A DNA stretch of 64,000 nucleotides, filler included, from Bonamia ostreae (taxonomy: Eukaryota): assembly GCA_040357525.1 (NCBI GenBank). It is 23 parts of 23 records of this genome, joined end to end, with 100 filler letters (N's around TTAATTAATTAA, not from the genome) between each part and the next. Parts side by side here need not be neighbours in the genome. Positions count along the whole stretch, not along the records: positions 36,479 to 39,163 come from JBDODL010000727.1; positions 39,264 to 41,945 come from JBDODL010000728.1; positions 42,046 to 44,722 come from JBDODL010000729.1; positions 44,823 to 47,497 come from JBDODL010000730.1; positions 47,598 to 50,265 come from JBDODL010000731.1; 18 more parts are not named here. One strand, written 5' to 3'. The translations under genes were made by a program, and so were the position numbers. The notes under the pieces were generated by a model, which saw only the letters and a list, made by a program, of their open reading frames with translations, searched no databases and was not told the origin of the DNA. Below, piece by piece: positions 38,098 through 50,365 of the stretch. How positions within the stretch are numbered: position 1 is the stretch's first letter; the number at the start of each line of letters is the position of its first letter.

Positions 38098-38433
38098 ATG
38101 GATACGAGAATATTAACTAGAATCGATATAATCCAACAGATAAATTGTTCAATGAACCCGTTCGGAAAATATCTTCTAAAGACTAAGATAATTGGATATT
38201 TGAACATAACGGCGAACCTCGCTCTGATGACGGGCGTAGCAGCTGGATTCGGCTATTTCGCTACAAAAATCACTGTACACAACACAAACCGCAAATCTGT
38301 CATAAAAGCTAAAAGCGAAAGTGAAATGGAGTACACGATAAAACGCAACCAATTTTTAGCACAAAAACAAAAGGAAATTCAACGCGAAGTTTATTTGAGG
38401 AAGAAAAGAGAAGAAAGAGCAAAAATAAATTAA
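38098..38433 (+). CDS. Small hypothetical single-TM protein
   Basis: ORF with hydrophobic 'LALMTGVAAGFGYFA' and a basic coiled-coil tail. Confidence 0.5.
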   Translation: MDTRILTRIDIIQQINCSMNPFGKYLLKTKIIGYLNITANLALMTGVAAGFGYFATKITVHNTNRKSVIKAKSESEMEYTIKRNQFLAQKQKEIQREVYLRKKREERAKIN

Positions 38434-38518
38434 AATTTTTCGCAAAATTAATATCGGAAGAGTCGCCTAAATTCGAATAAACGTAAAAATTAAAATCAGA
38501 AGAAAAATCTAAAAAGAT

Positions 38519-38924
38519 TTAAAATGTTTCTGGAATGTTGCTCGAGCCCTTCAAATCCACCATATTCTAATAATTAGTCAATAGAATTACCACCGGAGCG
38601 CCCATGTCGACATTTCCCTCTTCAAATTGTTTTCTCTGCTCGGAAGCTTCTTTTTCTATTATCGAGCCAACCAATATTGGGACTACGAAAAAGAATGCCG
38701 TCGATAACGATATTTTTAGAATTTTCGACCCATAGTGAAGAATCTAGGTTTGACAACGAATAAACATATTCTTTAGTTTTTAGGGCTCTTTCCTTTAACT
38801 CGTCAAAATCGAACCCGTCTTCGCTGTCGCTCCAATCGTTGCTGTCGTCGCGGCTAGAATCGTCAGACTAGTTTTAATTTGAAATAACGCTGTTTATTTC
38901 CTTTATGGCAACGGAATCTTGCAT
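38519..38924 (-). CDS. TOM22: TOM22-like mitochondrial import receptor (absent from the ORF track; three micro-introns of 21, 22 and 24 nt)
   Basis: Spliced: 'MQDSVAIKEINSSDDSSRDDSNDWSDSEDGFDFDELKERALKTKEYILHYGSKILKISLSTAFFFVVPILVGSIIEKEASEQRKQFE...': acidic N-terminus, TM with the conserved Pro, then an E/Q-rich segment. Confidence 0.65.
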
Positions 38925-39263
38925 TTTCGGCTAAGTTCGTTTTGGAAGTATCGGTTTTGATATATTAAAAATCTTAAAATCAACTTTGATCTCAAAATGA
39001 CAGTTCTAAAAGAAGTAAAAAATCGGAGTTAAGATCAAGTTTGGAATTTGGGGCCCACGGTCCCGACCTGATTTTTTAGAGGCAACCTAAAACAAAGTGC
39101 AGACATTCAAGTGCAGACATTCAAGGTCGAAGTTTTTAGAGACAACTTCAGTCAAATTGGGATNNNNNNNNNNNNNNNNNNNNNNNNNNNNNNNNNNNNN
39201 NNNNNNNTTAATTAATTAANNNNNNNNNNNNNNNNNNNNNNNNNNNNNNNNNNNNNNNNNNNN

Positions 39264-39437
39264 TAGTTAACATAATAAAGAACAATGTAACAATAGTTAA
39301 CATAATAAAGAACAATGTAACAATAGTTAACATAATAAAGAACAATGTAACAATAGTTAACATAATAAAGAACAATGTAACAATAGTTAACATAATAAAG
39401 AACAATGTGACAATAGTTAACATAATAAAGAACATTA
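39264..39437. repeat. Minisatellite, 30-nt unit, more than 5 copies at a contig end
   Basis: Repeated 'tagttaacataataaagaacaatgtaacaa'. Confidence 0.95.
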
Positions 39438-39479
39438 TAACAAAAAGAACAAAGTAACAAATAACAATAAAACAAACAA

Positions 39480-41945
39480 AATAACAACATAAAAACTCTT
39501 TTAAAATTAAGTTCTTTGTGATCAGGTCCTTCTTTATACAAAAACGGCCATCGATAGGAATTTTTTCTTGAATACTTTCTAAAACAAATTTCTCTAAAAA
39601 CTTTTCAGTAATACCGATGATGAAAAGTGTCATCAAAGTCAATAAAAGATTCAATGTGGCCAAACCGTCCTGAGGCAAAAGAAAAGTATTCGAGAAACCG
39701 GTAAAGAAGATGTACAAAAACTTTTATTGTTGCATTAAAACATTAGCAAAATTATCAAAGACGTTTTTGTAGAGATAGAAATTTATCTTCTTTGCGATCC
39801 TGCTGCAATTCATTGCGCCATGATACATAGTCAGACTTTTTAAATCTTTAAACTGGTTTATTGAAAAATCAGATGCTCTTGAAGCTTGCAGACCTTCTTT
39901 TCCGATAATCCCAACTCCTATATTGGCCTTCTTCAGCATCGGAACATCTTTATGCCAGAATTCATTGTAACAAGTACAGAACACAATGTTATTAGGAACA
40001 CATTTACGAAACAAGTACACAAAAAAGTCATTAAAACGGTCACAATTTTAAAACAGAAAAAGATATTGAAACCGTTTGCACCGTCCCCAATCGAAAGAGT
40101 GATATCCTTCGGATAATTAAGCTTATAAAGATCTACTAATTGGGATTTCTGATAGGGAGAAACTCGGCAGCACACAACCACACGTGATTTCTGGATGATC
40201 TGGATCATCATTTTCTGCATTTCGTTCATTTTTCTTATCTTCAGTTGTGTGTTCTTAGGGAAAAACAGATCCAAAGTCCTTCCGCTGACGACAAAGGCCT
40301 GGTTTGGCGAGTTTTGTTCGAGATGTTTGATTTTGTCCCAAGCCCTTCTCAGTTTTTCTGTCACCTCTGCGTACACTTCATCGTCGCTCTTGAATTCGTC
40401 AATGTCCACCACGACGATGTTCGGGAAAAATCTCATTTGCGCTGTCAGCAACGAGCAACTTTTCGCGATGTTTAGTGCTGTTTGTGTTTTGTCTCCTGTC
40501 AACATCCAAACGCGGATTCCTGCTTCTCTGAGACTGTTCAGAGTACTCGGCACATCGTCTTGGAGTTGGTCTTCAACGGCGGTGGCGCCGAGTAGTTCGA
40601 GACCGCTTTCCATCTCATCAACAATTTTTTCAACCGCTTCTTCGTCGCCTTTTACTTTGGTGTCTTTGTAGCGTTGATACCACTCCTCAAATTTTTCTTT
40701 CGTGATTGATTTGTATGCGCAAAGAAGCATTCTTAGTCCTTTCTTCGAAAATTCCTTTACGCGAAAAATTAATTTTGTCAAAAGCAATTAAACATCAATG
40801 TGCTTTGAAGTCGCATCCCACAACTCATTTTTGCTTTCCTCTGTCAGTCTCTTGTAGACAACATTTTCGGCGCCTTTCATGTACAGTTTTATTCTCCCTT
40901 CTCCGTCTTCTATCAAAACCGAGTTTCTTTTTCTGTAAGAATCGAAATCGAAGCACTCCAAAACCTAAATTGTTTGGCTTAAATCAACTTTGAACACTTT
41001 GTTTTCCCCGAATATGTTGACCGTCACAATTTCAATGTTGCTAAGACTCCCGCATATTTCAACGCTGTCATATTGGCGATTCTGTTTTGCAAAAAATTGT
41101 AAAAATTAAAATATTTTTCTGCCATATTGCAAAAACGTAAAAAATATATTTGTGGCTTTTCGCCATTTTCAACAACGCTTTTTCGTCTGGAGACTCTGCT
41201 TGGTAATGCAACGCAGCTAAATCGGGTTATGGATCAAAACATTGGCAGTCCAGATCGTGTTCGTGTTTCCTGGCGCAATCTGGGAAGTCTGGCAGAACAG
41301 TGTGGCACAGAGACGTCAGACTTAAGAACTCGAGAGCATATTTGTCTTTGAGGGCGAGGAGTTCTTCCAATTCGGGACAGACTTTGCTCTGTTCATCGTT
41401 GCTTTCCGATAAAGCGTTGTCAGTTGGCCTCATCAGATAGCGCTTTCCTCTTAGAGAACACGAGAAGAAGTTCATTTTGTTTTTCGTAAGCGTTCCTGTT
41501 TTATCACTGAAAACAGCTTTAACCTTTATCGAATGCGAACAGTTAAAATGAATGCGTTACAAAAATGAAGATATACAAAAATTAGAACCTTCCCCAATTC
41601 GTCAGTGAGACTAGAAGTTCTCGTGTTTGCAGACTCGCCGGTATCCTTTGAGATCATTGTGGAGTCTATGTTGATCGCAACAGCATGGAACAGTTTGGTA
41701 ACTTCAATATCAACGTAAAGAGAAATCGGAACTTGGCAATTTTAATGAAAACTTAAAGAGCTCAGGAGACCGTACATTGAAAAGATATAAAGAAAATAAT
41801 CTGCTGTGGATGGCAAGAAACCAAAAAAGTACCAATTGTTGTCGCTTTTATAAAAATAGTAATTGAGGATAGTGCCCGTGACAACTAACAGAAACTGGAG
41901 AACAATTAAGGAAAAGACAAATAATTCGGCCGTTTTTTCACTCTT
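39480..41945 (-). CDS. P4-type ATPase (phospholipid flippase), internal fragment
   Basis: '[24 protein letters not shown]', 'YQAESPDEKAL', 'YMKGAE', 'LGATAVEDQLQDDVP', 'WMLTGDK', 'CCRVSPYQK', 'IGDGAN|DVPML', 'GKEGLQASRASDF'. Confidence 0.96.
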
Positions 41946-42135
41946 NNNNNNNNNNNNNNNNNNNNNNNNNNNNNNNNNNNNNNNNNNNNTTAATTAATTA
42001 ANNNNNNNNNNNNNNNNNNNNNNNNNNNNNNNNNNNNNNNNNNNNTATTCAAATATCGAAAAGCAAAACCAAAGGAACTTTATATGACCGCTCTATAAAC
42101 AACAAATATCAAAATTTCTTAATAAGCTGATATCA

Positions 42136-44722
42136 ATGTCTACTGCGCGAAGGTCCATTTTTGAACAAGAATCCTCGATCTCCATCGAAATAACCAAAGT
42201 CTTATAAGCTCTAACTTAAAGTCCGACTTAGCAAAAAGAACTTTTCATCAGAGTTGGCTGGTCAAGCGCGGCGGCTTCAAAAGTGGGATAAAGCACTGGA
42301 AGAAGCGCTTCTTCGTCCTCAAAGAAGACTACCTCTACTACTTCAAGAACCTCGAGGCGGAAAAGCCGCTGGGGAAGTTCAGCACAAAACACCTCTCCAC
42401 CACTCTGATCGGCGAAAAGAAAGAAAGCCGCAACTTTGCATTCGTCACGTACGAGCGCACGATCTACGCGCGCGCCTATTCGGTCCAAGAGCGCAACAAG
42501 TGGTGCGACGCGGTAAAATCTCTGCAACAAAAGATCTTGGAAAACTCCCGCGAGCGCGCACTGAGTGTTTAGTTACCCAAATTTGCTTTAGACAGAAAAA
42601 CTCGTCGTCGAAATTAAAGACCTCAAAAAAGCGATTCCTCCGAGCTCACCTACTCCCCCCGAGATGACCTCGAAAAACAACACCGAGATGAACACGCTCA
42701 ACACTATTCTGAGCGACGAAATAGTTTTGCGTTCATCCAACTCGTTAGGGCACAAAGCATTTCAAGTCGTACCTCGTCACGGAGTACAGCCACGTGCAGC
42801 TCGACTTCTGGCTGGAAGTGCGCGCGTTTATCCGCGAAGCGGAAGAGCAAGAGAAGAACAGTTTTCCGAAGGAGGAGCGGAAACATCTCATCGACTCCTC
42901 GATTCTCATCTGCGACAAATACGTCTACGAAGACCTGGACACAACCGTTTCAGACCAAATTCTAGATCAACATCGGGAAAAATTTGCGCGAACCGTTGCT
43001 AAAGTGGAACGAGATGTCCAAGAACTTTCTGGACAACGAAGAACTGTCCAATTGGACGGTCGACTACACGGCGAAAATCTTCGAGGACGTCCTGAAGATC
43101 TACCAACGCACGCAGAACGACATCTTCAAGATGCTGCGAAACAGTTATCGGCGGTTTAAGCGCTCGAACCATTTCGAAGAACTGCAAAAGGAACTGAGCG
43201 AGTCGAGCCCGGAAATGACATCCCGCGGTTCTTGCATCCGCGACGACTGCAATTGCGAGCTGTACGCGGACAGCGGAAATATCGCAAACTGTGGCAGTTG
43301 CGGCCATTTCTACGAAGAACATCAGAATCTCAATGTCGAAGACGAGGCCCAGCCGTCTTCAGTCAAAACATCCAAAAGTAACTTTTTATCGCCATTAAAA
43401 ATTCAATTTGTCGATTTGAATTCAGTTTATCAAAAATACTCCGTTTGTCAATTTTGATCGCCATTAAAAATTCAATTTGTCGATTTGAATTCAGTTTATC
43501 AAAAATACTCCGTTTGTCAATTTTGATCGCCATTAAAAAATTCAATTCGTCGATTTAAATTCCGATATTCTATTTAAAATTTAAATTCTCTTTATTAAAA
43601 ACGTTTTTCAGTCGCCATCAAAAATTTAAATTCCGTTTAATATTCTATTCGTCAATATAATGTCCATTCAATTGCGATTTGTTTGAAACTAATTAAAAAA
43701 GTAACAAATGAACAACGGCGCAAATTACAATTAATGCTCGGAAAATCGGCTGTTGATTTAGAAGGAGAAGTTTTTATTTTGAACAAATATTTCCTATTCG
43801 TTTTAAACGAGAACTAAACTAAAAAATCAGCGATTCAATTCGACGATGGGAAATCCCCGGAAAGAATTTTTGATAGACAGTTTGACCGCCATTATAAACC
43901 ACCCGTCGGATCCTCTAAAATTGAAAAAACATCGCTTTAAACTGAAACGATACAAAAAATGTTTTTTGGGAATCGATTTGTCCAGAAAACTTCAAAAAAG
44001 ATTAGACATCTCTAAAACTGACGTTCGTAAACTTAACTATCAAGACTTTAAATGTGATCACTGAGATGATGGGACAGCAAATGTTTTCGCCGGTTGACAA
44101 GTCACAACAATATTTTATTAATGGCAAATTCTACTACTTTCTCAACGTTTATAATAAAATTCAAAAATTCTAAAAATTCTCGACGAAGAATTTACAAAAA
44201 TCACCGAAAAAACATAGGACGCAGTTTATAAAGAAGTCAAGCGCCGCAGCGTGTTCGTAGAATACGAATCGTCAGACAATGACTCTGTTCAAAAATCACA
44301 GGATTTGGAAGAAGTCAGACGTTCACACGAGAAAAAATCGCGTTCACGAGACAGAAAATCGAAAAAGTCCAACAGAAAACTGTCGCACTTCAAATCAACT
44401 GTTGACAGCAAATCGCTTGAGAGTCTGGACAAAGACAAATCGAACGAAAGCAGTGAGTCGAGCCGAGACGCCGCGGTAAATCTCTTCGAGATGTTGGCGT
44501 TTCCTGTGAGAGACGGCGAGGCGCCGGAAAAAGAGATTTTTGGAAAAGAGGCGAAAAGCGAGACAAAAATTTCGATGGAATATTTGAAGAAAATAACATC
44601 TCTTGAATCTAAAGAAAAAAATAAAAATATGTCTGCTGAACAAAAACATTCTCGCTGCGATAAAAAATCTTCGACGAGAAAAAATAACGTCATAAACAAT
44701 AAAACGGAAGAAGATAAAAATT
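42136..44722 (+). CDS. Multidomain signalling protein: PH - RGS - Cys/His finger - DEP, 3'-truncated
   Basis: PH 'WLVKRGG...WKKRFFVLKEDYLYYFK...ERNKWCDAV'; RGS 'LNTILSDEI|GTKHFKSYLVTEYSHVQLDFWLEV...|INIGKNLR...TQNDIFKMLRNSYRRFKRS'; 'CIRDDCNC...CGSCGHFYEEH'; DEP 'LKKHRFKLKRYKKCFLGIDL'. Confidence 0.8.
43388..43560. repeat. Intronic tandem repeat, 69-nt unit, about 2.5 copies
   Basis: Repeated 'tcgccattaaaaattcaatttgtcgatttgaattcagtttatcaaaaatactccgtttgtcaattttga'. Confidence 0.92.
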
Positions 44723-44829
44723 NNNNNNNNNNNNNNNNNNNNNNNNNNNNNNNNNNNNNNNNNNNNTTAATTAATTAANNNNNNNNNNNNNNNNNNNNNN
44801 NNNNNNNNNNNNNNNNNNNNNNAAAAATA

Positions 44830-46606
44830 CCGTAATGGCCACTACAACTCACACAGATGGCTTTGACGTTTTGAGACAGCGCCCCAGAGAGAATAGTTAC
44901 GTCTCCTGGCGCACTGACATTCTCCATCACAGACTGCAACGAGAAGGAGCCCTGTTTGTGGCAACCTATCAAACAAATCTGCTGTGCTATCTCAGTCAGA
45001 AGCTCTGTCTTTCGTTCCGCGTCGCAAGCGGCAAATAACGCTTCGAAAGCGTAATGGCCAAAGTTGTCCACCATTAGATCCGCCACGCGCGGTTTCAATT
45101 GCTTGTAAAACAGCGAGAAGTGCTCTGCGTTGTCCATGTTGTCTTGGATGAAGCGCGATCCGTATTGGCTCTTGCTGAGCAGGAAAATCTGTTTCGAGAG
45201 CGATTTTATTATTTGCGACGGCGTTTTCTCTGTCGGCGCCCCGATCGAGATGTTGTAGAGCAGACTCGATGCAGAAGTGTTTTTCTCTTTATTTGATCTT
45301 CTGCCGCTCGGTCTCTCCTTTTTTCAAAATGATTGCCAAAAATTGTTCGAAATTTATAAAATTTGTTTTTCGTCAAAATTACTTTTTGACGATTTTTGTC
45401 AATTTCACTCGAACTGTTGTCTGAATTTTCTCTGTAGGAAAACATTTTTTCGCTTTTGTCCAAAACGCCCGTTTTCTCTTCCTTTTCCATTCTCCGCAAT
45501 TTATCCGCTCTTTTCAATTTTTTACAAATTCTAATTTGGATTTTAATTCAAATTTTTTAATTTTCAATTTCAATTTTTTCAATTTTTATTTTTTCAATTT
45601 TTTACAAAAATTAATTTCGATTTTTATTAAAATTTTTCAATTTCAATTTTAATTTTTTCCATTTCAATTTCAATTTTTTCAATTTTAATTTCAATTTTTT
45701 ACAAAAATTAATTTCGATTTTTATTAAATTTTTCAATTTCAATTTTTATTTTTGTTTCAAATTTAAAATTAATTTTGTAACATCGATTCTCCGATATTCG
45801 CTTCGCTGTACTCTCTCGGCGCTAAAGCCGGGATGTAGCTGATTTTGGTATCCGTAATCGTCTTTTTTGACTTTTGAGAGTTCGGGGAAAACGGATTTTT
45901 CTCCGTCGGAGTACTTTTATTTGTTTAGGAATATTTTTCAAAGTACCTTAAAACGCTTTTATTGTGCGAGACGGGGAGAGTGAAAGTGTTTATCGGAGAA
46001 GCGATCGGCGTGAAATCGAACATTTGTCCGTTGTGCTCTATTTTCGACGTTGAAATGTGCCCATTTTTCTCCAAACATTCCAAAACGGGCGATCCGTCTT
46101 CCATTTTGTAGAGCGCCTGCACTCCGTTAAATTTCTAAATTTTCAATTCGTTAAATTTGACGATATCACAATAAATCGGTTTTAAGATTTTCCATTTTTT
46201 TTCATCAAAATTTTTTTAATAAAAGTCGTAAAACTGGCGAGTTTTCGTTTTGAACGAAGAACGGCGACAATTCTTTAAACGGAGAGGGCGCCACGCTGGG
46301 CACAAAAATCGGCGTTAAACCGGTGTTCAGGTGCAGCATTGGTGTTCCCAGCGGATTGTTGCCGATTTCATAATGCACAAACAACATGGAAAAAGCAGTT
46401 ATTTCCTCGCTGAGACGTTCCTTCTTTAAGCCGAGACTAAGTTTGTTTTGGGTCTCTTTGTCTTCATGTGCGAGCACGAAGTGTTCCTTGTTTGGATACA
46501 AATCGTAGTTGCCTTCGTGTATCCAAGTTTTGTCGGAATCGACGAGCGAACAGCAAAATTTGATTTTTCCTCTTTTTGCTCGGAACATCGGGAGGTTTTC
46601 TGACAT
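44830..46606 (-). CDS. Pumilio/PUF RNA-binding protein, 3'-truncated; linkage of upstream exons uncertain
   Basis: PUF repeats 'LSKSQYGSRFIQ', 'LMVDNFGHYAFEAL', 'GCHKQGSFSLQ', 'CVSCSGHY'. Confidence 0.8.
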
Positions 46607-46679
46607 TTCATTTTCGTCGCTTGTTAGAAATTAATTTTGAATAAAAATAATGGAAATTTTTTAAAAAACAGAAAAATTT

Positions 46680-46822
46680 AAACAGCAAAATTTATCGACT
46701 AAAAACAAAAAATTTAATCAATTGCAAAAGAAAAAACAGCAAAATTTATCGACTAAAAACAAAAAATTTAATCAATTGCAAAAGAAAAAACAGCAAAATT
46801 TATCGACTAAAAACAAAAAATT
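46680..46822. repeat. Tandem repeat, 54-nt unit
   Basis: 'aacagcaaaatttatcgactaaaaacaaaaaatttaatcaattgcaaaagaaaa' present about 2.6 times. Confidence 0.9.
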
Positions 46823-46859
46823 TCAACTAAATTTTATAAAATTAGTGAAAACATGTTTC

Positions 46860-47420
46860 TGGAAATCTTTTCAAGCGACAACATCAAAAACTCCTTCTGC
46901 GAAACTGGATCGATAAAGGAGTTAATTGGCTCCGGCCAATCTATTTTTAGCGATGTGCTGTTCGAAATCAAATGCGACATTTCCACCGCTATTTTTAAAG
47001 CGTAATTTATTAAACATATCAGATAAGTGTTCACGTGTCGCGGAGTTTGGTCTGTTTCGCTGTTTGGAAGAGAAAACGGCAAAACTGACAGAAAACTCAA
47101 TGAGTGAAATTTTTTGATACTGAAACTGGTCGAAGAGCGGATTAAGCTCTCCAAATTTATGTTTATACAATTTTCGTGGAAGACGTGGAAACAATCCGAA
47201 AGTTTGCACAAGAAGAGGACGCATCGGTTGTTCAGAAAAATCTTTTCTTTGCCGTATAGACACAACGGACAGCCCTTCAACAATTTATGTTGAAACCTCT
47301 TCGTCCAAAACTTGGAGATATTTCTCGTCCGTCTTGTTGTTGTCCAATTCGATTATGTCGATGTCGTAAGTGTCCGAAAATCTGCTCAGTAGCGATTCTC
47401 GGAGCAATTGGTCATTTTTA
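46860..47420 (-). CDS. RING-H2-like zinc finger protein fragment
   Basis: 'GCPLCLYG...LCKLSDCFHVFHENCI'. Confidence 0.55.
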
Positions 47421-47914
47421 TTTTTGACTTTTTTTTCTTTTGCGTTTTTACTCTTTTTTTTTAATTTCAAAAAAAGTTTTTGTTGTTTTTATTCGAANNN
47501 NNNNNNNNNNNNNNNNNNNNNNNNNNNNNNNNNNNNNNNNNTTAATTAATTAANNNNNNNNNNNNNNNNNNNNNNNNNNNNNNNNNNNNNNNNNNNNACA
47601 AAATTTAATTTAGTCGACAAGATTTAATTTCATTCAACAAAATTGCCAAAATTAGAAATAAAAAATTTAATAAATGTCGACGCTTCGTTTTCTGTGGATA
47701 TGTCGTCTTGTCATTTTAACCATTTCCAAAAGGAGAGATTTGATCAAATCTTTATTGACTAAAAATTTTCATAAAATTCTGCATGGACAGAACGGCCGGA
47801 AAAATTTTTTCCTTAATTTCAAAAAAGATATCAAAAATTAATTAGAAAAATTTAAAAATAATTTTCCAATCCAATTTTAAGTGTTTGAACTAAACTTTTA
47901 TTTAATTTAGACAA

Positions 47915-48667
47915 ATGGACGATGAATGCTTAAATCCTCCAATCAACTTTGGAATGGTTGATGATGGAATTTATCGGTTTCACATCTTTTTGTCTAAATT
48001 TCACATTTTTATCAAAATTTAGATCAGGTTTTATCCGACCGGAAAATTTGCCTTTTATACGTTCTTTAAACCTGAAAACGGTTATTTGTCTAAGCAAAGA
48101 TCCTTATCGACCGGAGACATTTTCGTTTTTCGAGAAAAATGGCATCCGTGTTATCAACAAAGGCATGGAATCGACCAAAGTAATTTTGCAGCAAAAATTT
48201 AGGAATCGTTTGATGAAATGCCACAAAAAGCGTTCAAAGAAGTTTTAGAGATTGTTAAAGGTTATAACGATCTAAATTCCAAATTGCATTTAGACGAGGA
48301 AAAAAGACCTCTTTTAATTCATTGCGGTAAAGGAAAGCACAGAACAGGATGTTTAAGTTTTGAAAACAAACGCAAATTTTAAGTCGGAATTTATCGTTGT
48401 TCGAGCAGATGGTCACTGACATCCATTTTTGAAGAATATAATCGGTACGCGGGATCGAAAGCAAGACCTCTCGATTTGCAATTTATAGAGCAATTTCATG
48501 TCAAATACAATCATGGATATTTTTATTTTTGTCTTTTTACGTCATTTTTCGCCATTAATCCGTTTCTCCATTTATCATTTTTTGGTCATTTTCGCCGGAA
48601 GACAAAATTGTTTTCATTCAATGTTTCTTTTCCTTCGAATAGATTTCATAAAAAAAAAGACTTCTGA
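47915..48667 (+). CDS. SIW14: SIW14/OCA-family (PFA-DSP) phosphatase, at least 4 introns
   Basis: 'PPINFGMVDDGIYR|SGF..PENLPFIRSLNLKTVICL', 'PLLIHCGKGKHRTGCL|IG', 'WSLTSIFEEYNRYAGSKARPLDLQFIEQF'; exact 3' end uncertain. Confidence 0.9.
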
Positions 48668-48788
48668 CGTTATGATCATAATGATCACATTTGATCCAAA
48701 TTGAAAAATTTTAGATTAAACGAACAATGCAAATTTCCTAATTTTATTAGAATTTTCGCATATATAAACGAACTGTAGAGCTTTAAAA

Positions 48789-49475
48789 ATGGCTTCCTCT
48801 TTCCAGAAGAGACTAGCAAAACAATGCGATTTCGTCACATCGCATTTGGTGACTCGACCAGATTTCTGTTACCACCGCGATAACGTCGTTTTGCCGACGA
48901 TGTGGGACATGTTCCAATACCGCGACTACATGAAAGTCCCGCAGATACTTCGAGTAGTCGTAAGCATTCCTGCCCACAAAAGCAGTTTCGTAAAGTCTCG
49001 AACAGATATCTATGCGGCGATGGTCGCTTGCAGACTGTTCACAGACTCGAAACCGTCTTTGATCGAGCGCAGGATAAGCGAAGCGGGCAAAAAAGGTCGC
49101 AAGATAATGCGGATCGCGATGGTCCAATCCATTGTTGCCGGCGACAAGGCTCTTTTAGTACTCGAAAAATTGGCGACAAAAGTCTTTCCGAACAAAGAAC
49201 GCTTTCACGGATTCAAAGACAGCTTCGAATCGAACGGAAAACATTTTAATTACCAGTTCGACTTAAACACGTTGTCTGGACTAGACGAACTTGAGTACGA
49301 AGCCGAAACCTTCAAACGAATAGACAAAATCAGAGTTGGCATCCACACCAGCGCCAAATCGTACCTGGAAGCTTTCCAGTTGCTTCGACTCTATCAGGTT
49401 CCGATTGTGATGGAAGACCCTTTTCTCAAGTTTAAGCGCAGAATCTCGAAGAGAACAAACACGGAAAATAAATAA
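48789..49475 (+). CDS. Nuclear-encoded mitochondrial ribosomal protein uL5
   Basis: 'VPQILRVVV', 'LFTDSKP', 'LEKLATKVFP..ERFHGF', 'IHTSAKSYLEAFQLLRLYQVP' match bacterial-type uL5; N-terminal extension. Confidence 0.8.
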   Translation: MASSFQKRLAKQCDFVTSHLVTRPDFCYHRDNVVLPTMWDMFQYRDYMKVPQILRVVVSIPAHKSSFVKSRTDIYAAMVACRLFTDSKPSLIERRISEAGKKGRKIMRIAMVQSIVAGDKALLVLEKLATKVFPNKERFHGFKDSFESNGKHFNYQFDLNTLSGLDELEYEAETFKRIDKIRVGIHTSAKSYLEAFQLLRLYQVPIVMEDPFLKFKRRISKRTNTENK

Positions 49476-50365
49476 AATTTTTAAATTTGTTTTTCGTTTT
49501 TTTTTTATTTTTAAAATTTTTTTATTTTTAATAAAAGAACAATTTTGAGCAAAATTGGTTAAAAGTTTGAATATTGTAATATTTTGTTTGTTTAGAAAAA
49601 TAGTTTTTTCGATTTAATATTTTCAGTTTGTAGTCCCAATATTTTCTTCTTATAGAATCATATTCATCTCTCAAGAATTTTAATCTCTAAATATATAAAA
49701 TAACGAAAATTTGATAAAAATTAAAACAGTTTCTGTTTCATTTTTGGAAATAAAATTAAAATTCAGCGCAAAGATTTCTGTTAAAAAAGATAAAATATAT
49801 CTTATTGATCTTTTTGTTTCAGATTCATCTTCGATTTCATTATTTTTGTTAATAAATTCGGTTTGAAATTTGTTGCATGTTTTTATTATTTCTAATATTA
49901 TGTTTTTAGCTTTTTCGGCCAAATCTTTGTTTTCTTTTAATATGTCAAAATTATTTTTTTATAAAATCTCAAATTTTTATTTCAATTTTCAATATTAACC
50001 TTTAATAACAGTAATATTGTCTTCCAATATTCCATAAAAATAGTTCCAAACGCTTTCATTGTCAGGAACAGCGGATATGTTCTCAAAAGAAAAGCTAATT
50101 ATTAAAAATTGCAAAATTTGAATAACTTTAATTCACTTTCGATATCTTTTATTGTTAAATTTTTGGAGTTTTTGAGCGAGTAGAATCTGTGATTCCACGC
50201 GGAATTATTTCCTTATTTTGATTATCAAAAACTTGGATCCAATTTTAACATCATTTCAACGAATTNNNNNNNNNNNNNNNNNNNNNNNNNNNNNNNNNNN
50301 NNNNNNNNNTTAATTAATTAANNNNNNNNNNNNNNNNNNNNNNNNNNNNNNNNNNNNNNNNNNNN

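Noticed and set aside
39208-39450. Repetitive hydrophobic peptide (FFIMLTIVTL)n
   Set aside because: Translation of a 30-nt minisatellite running into the linker.
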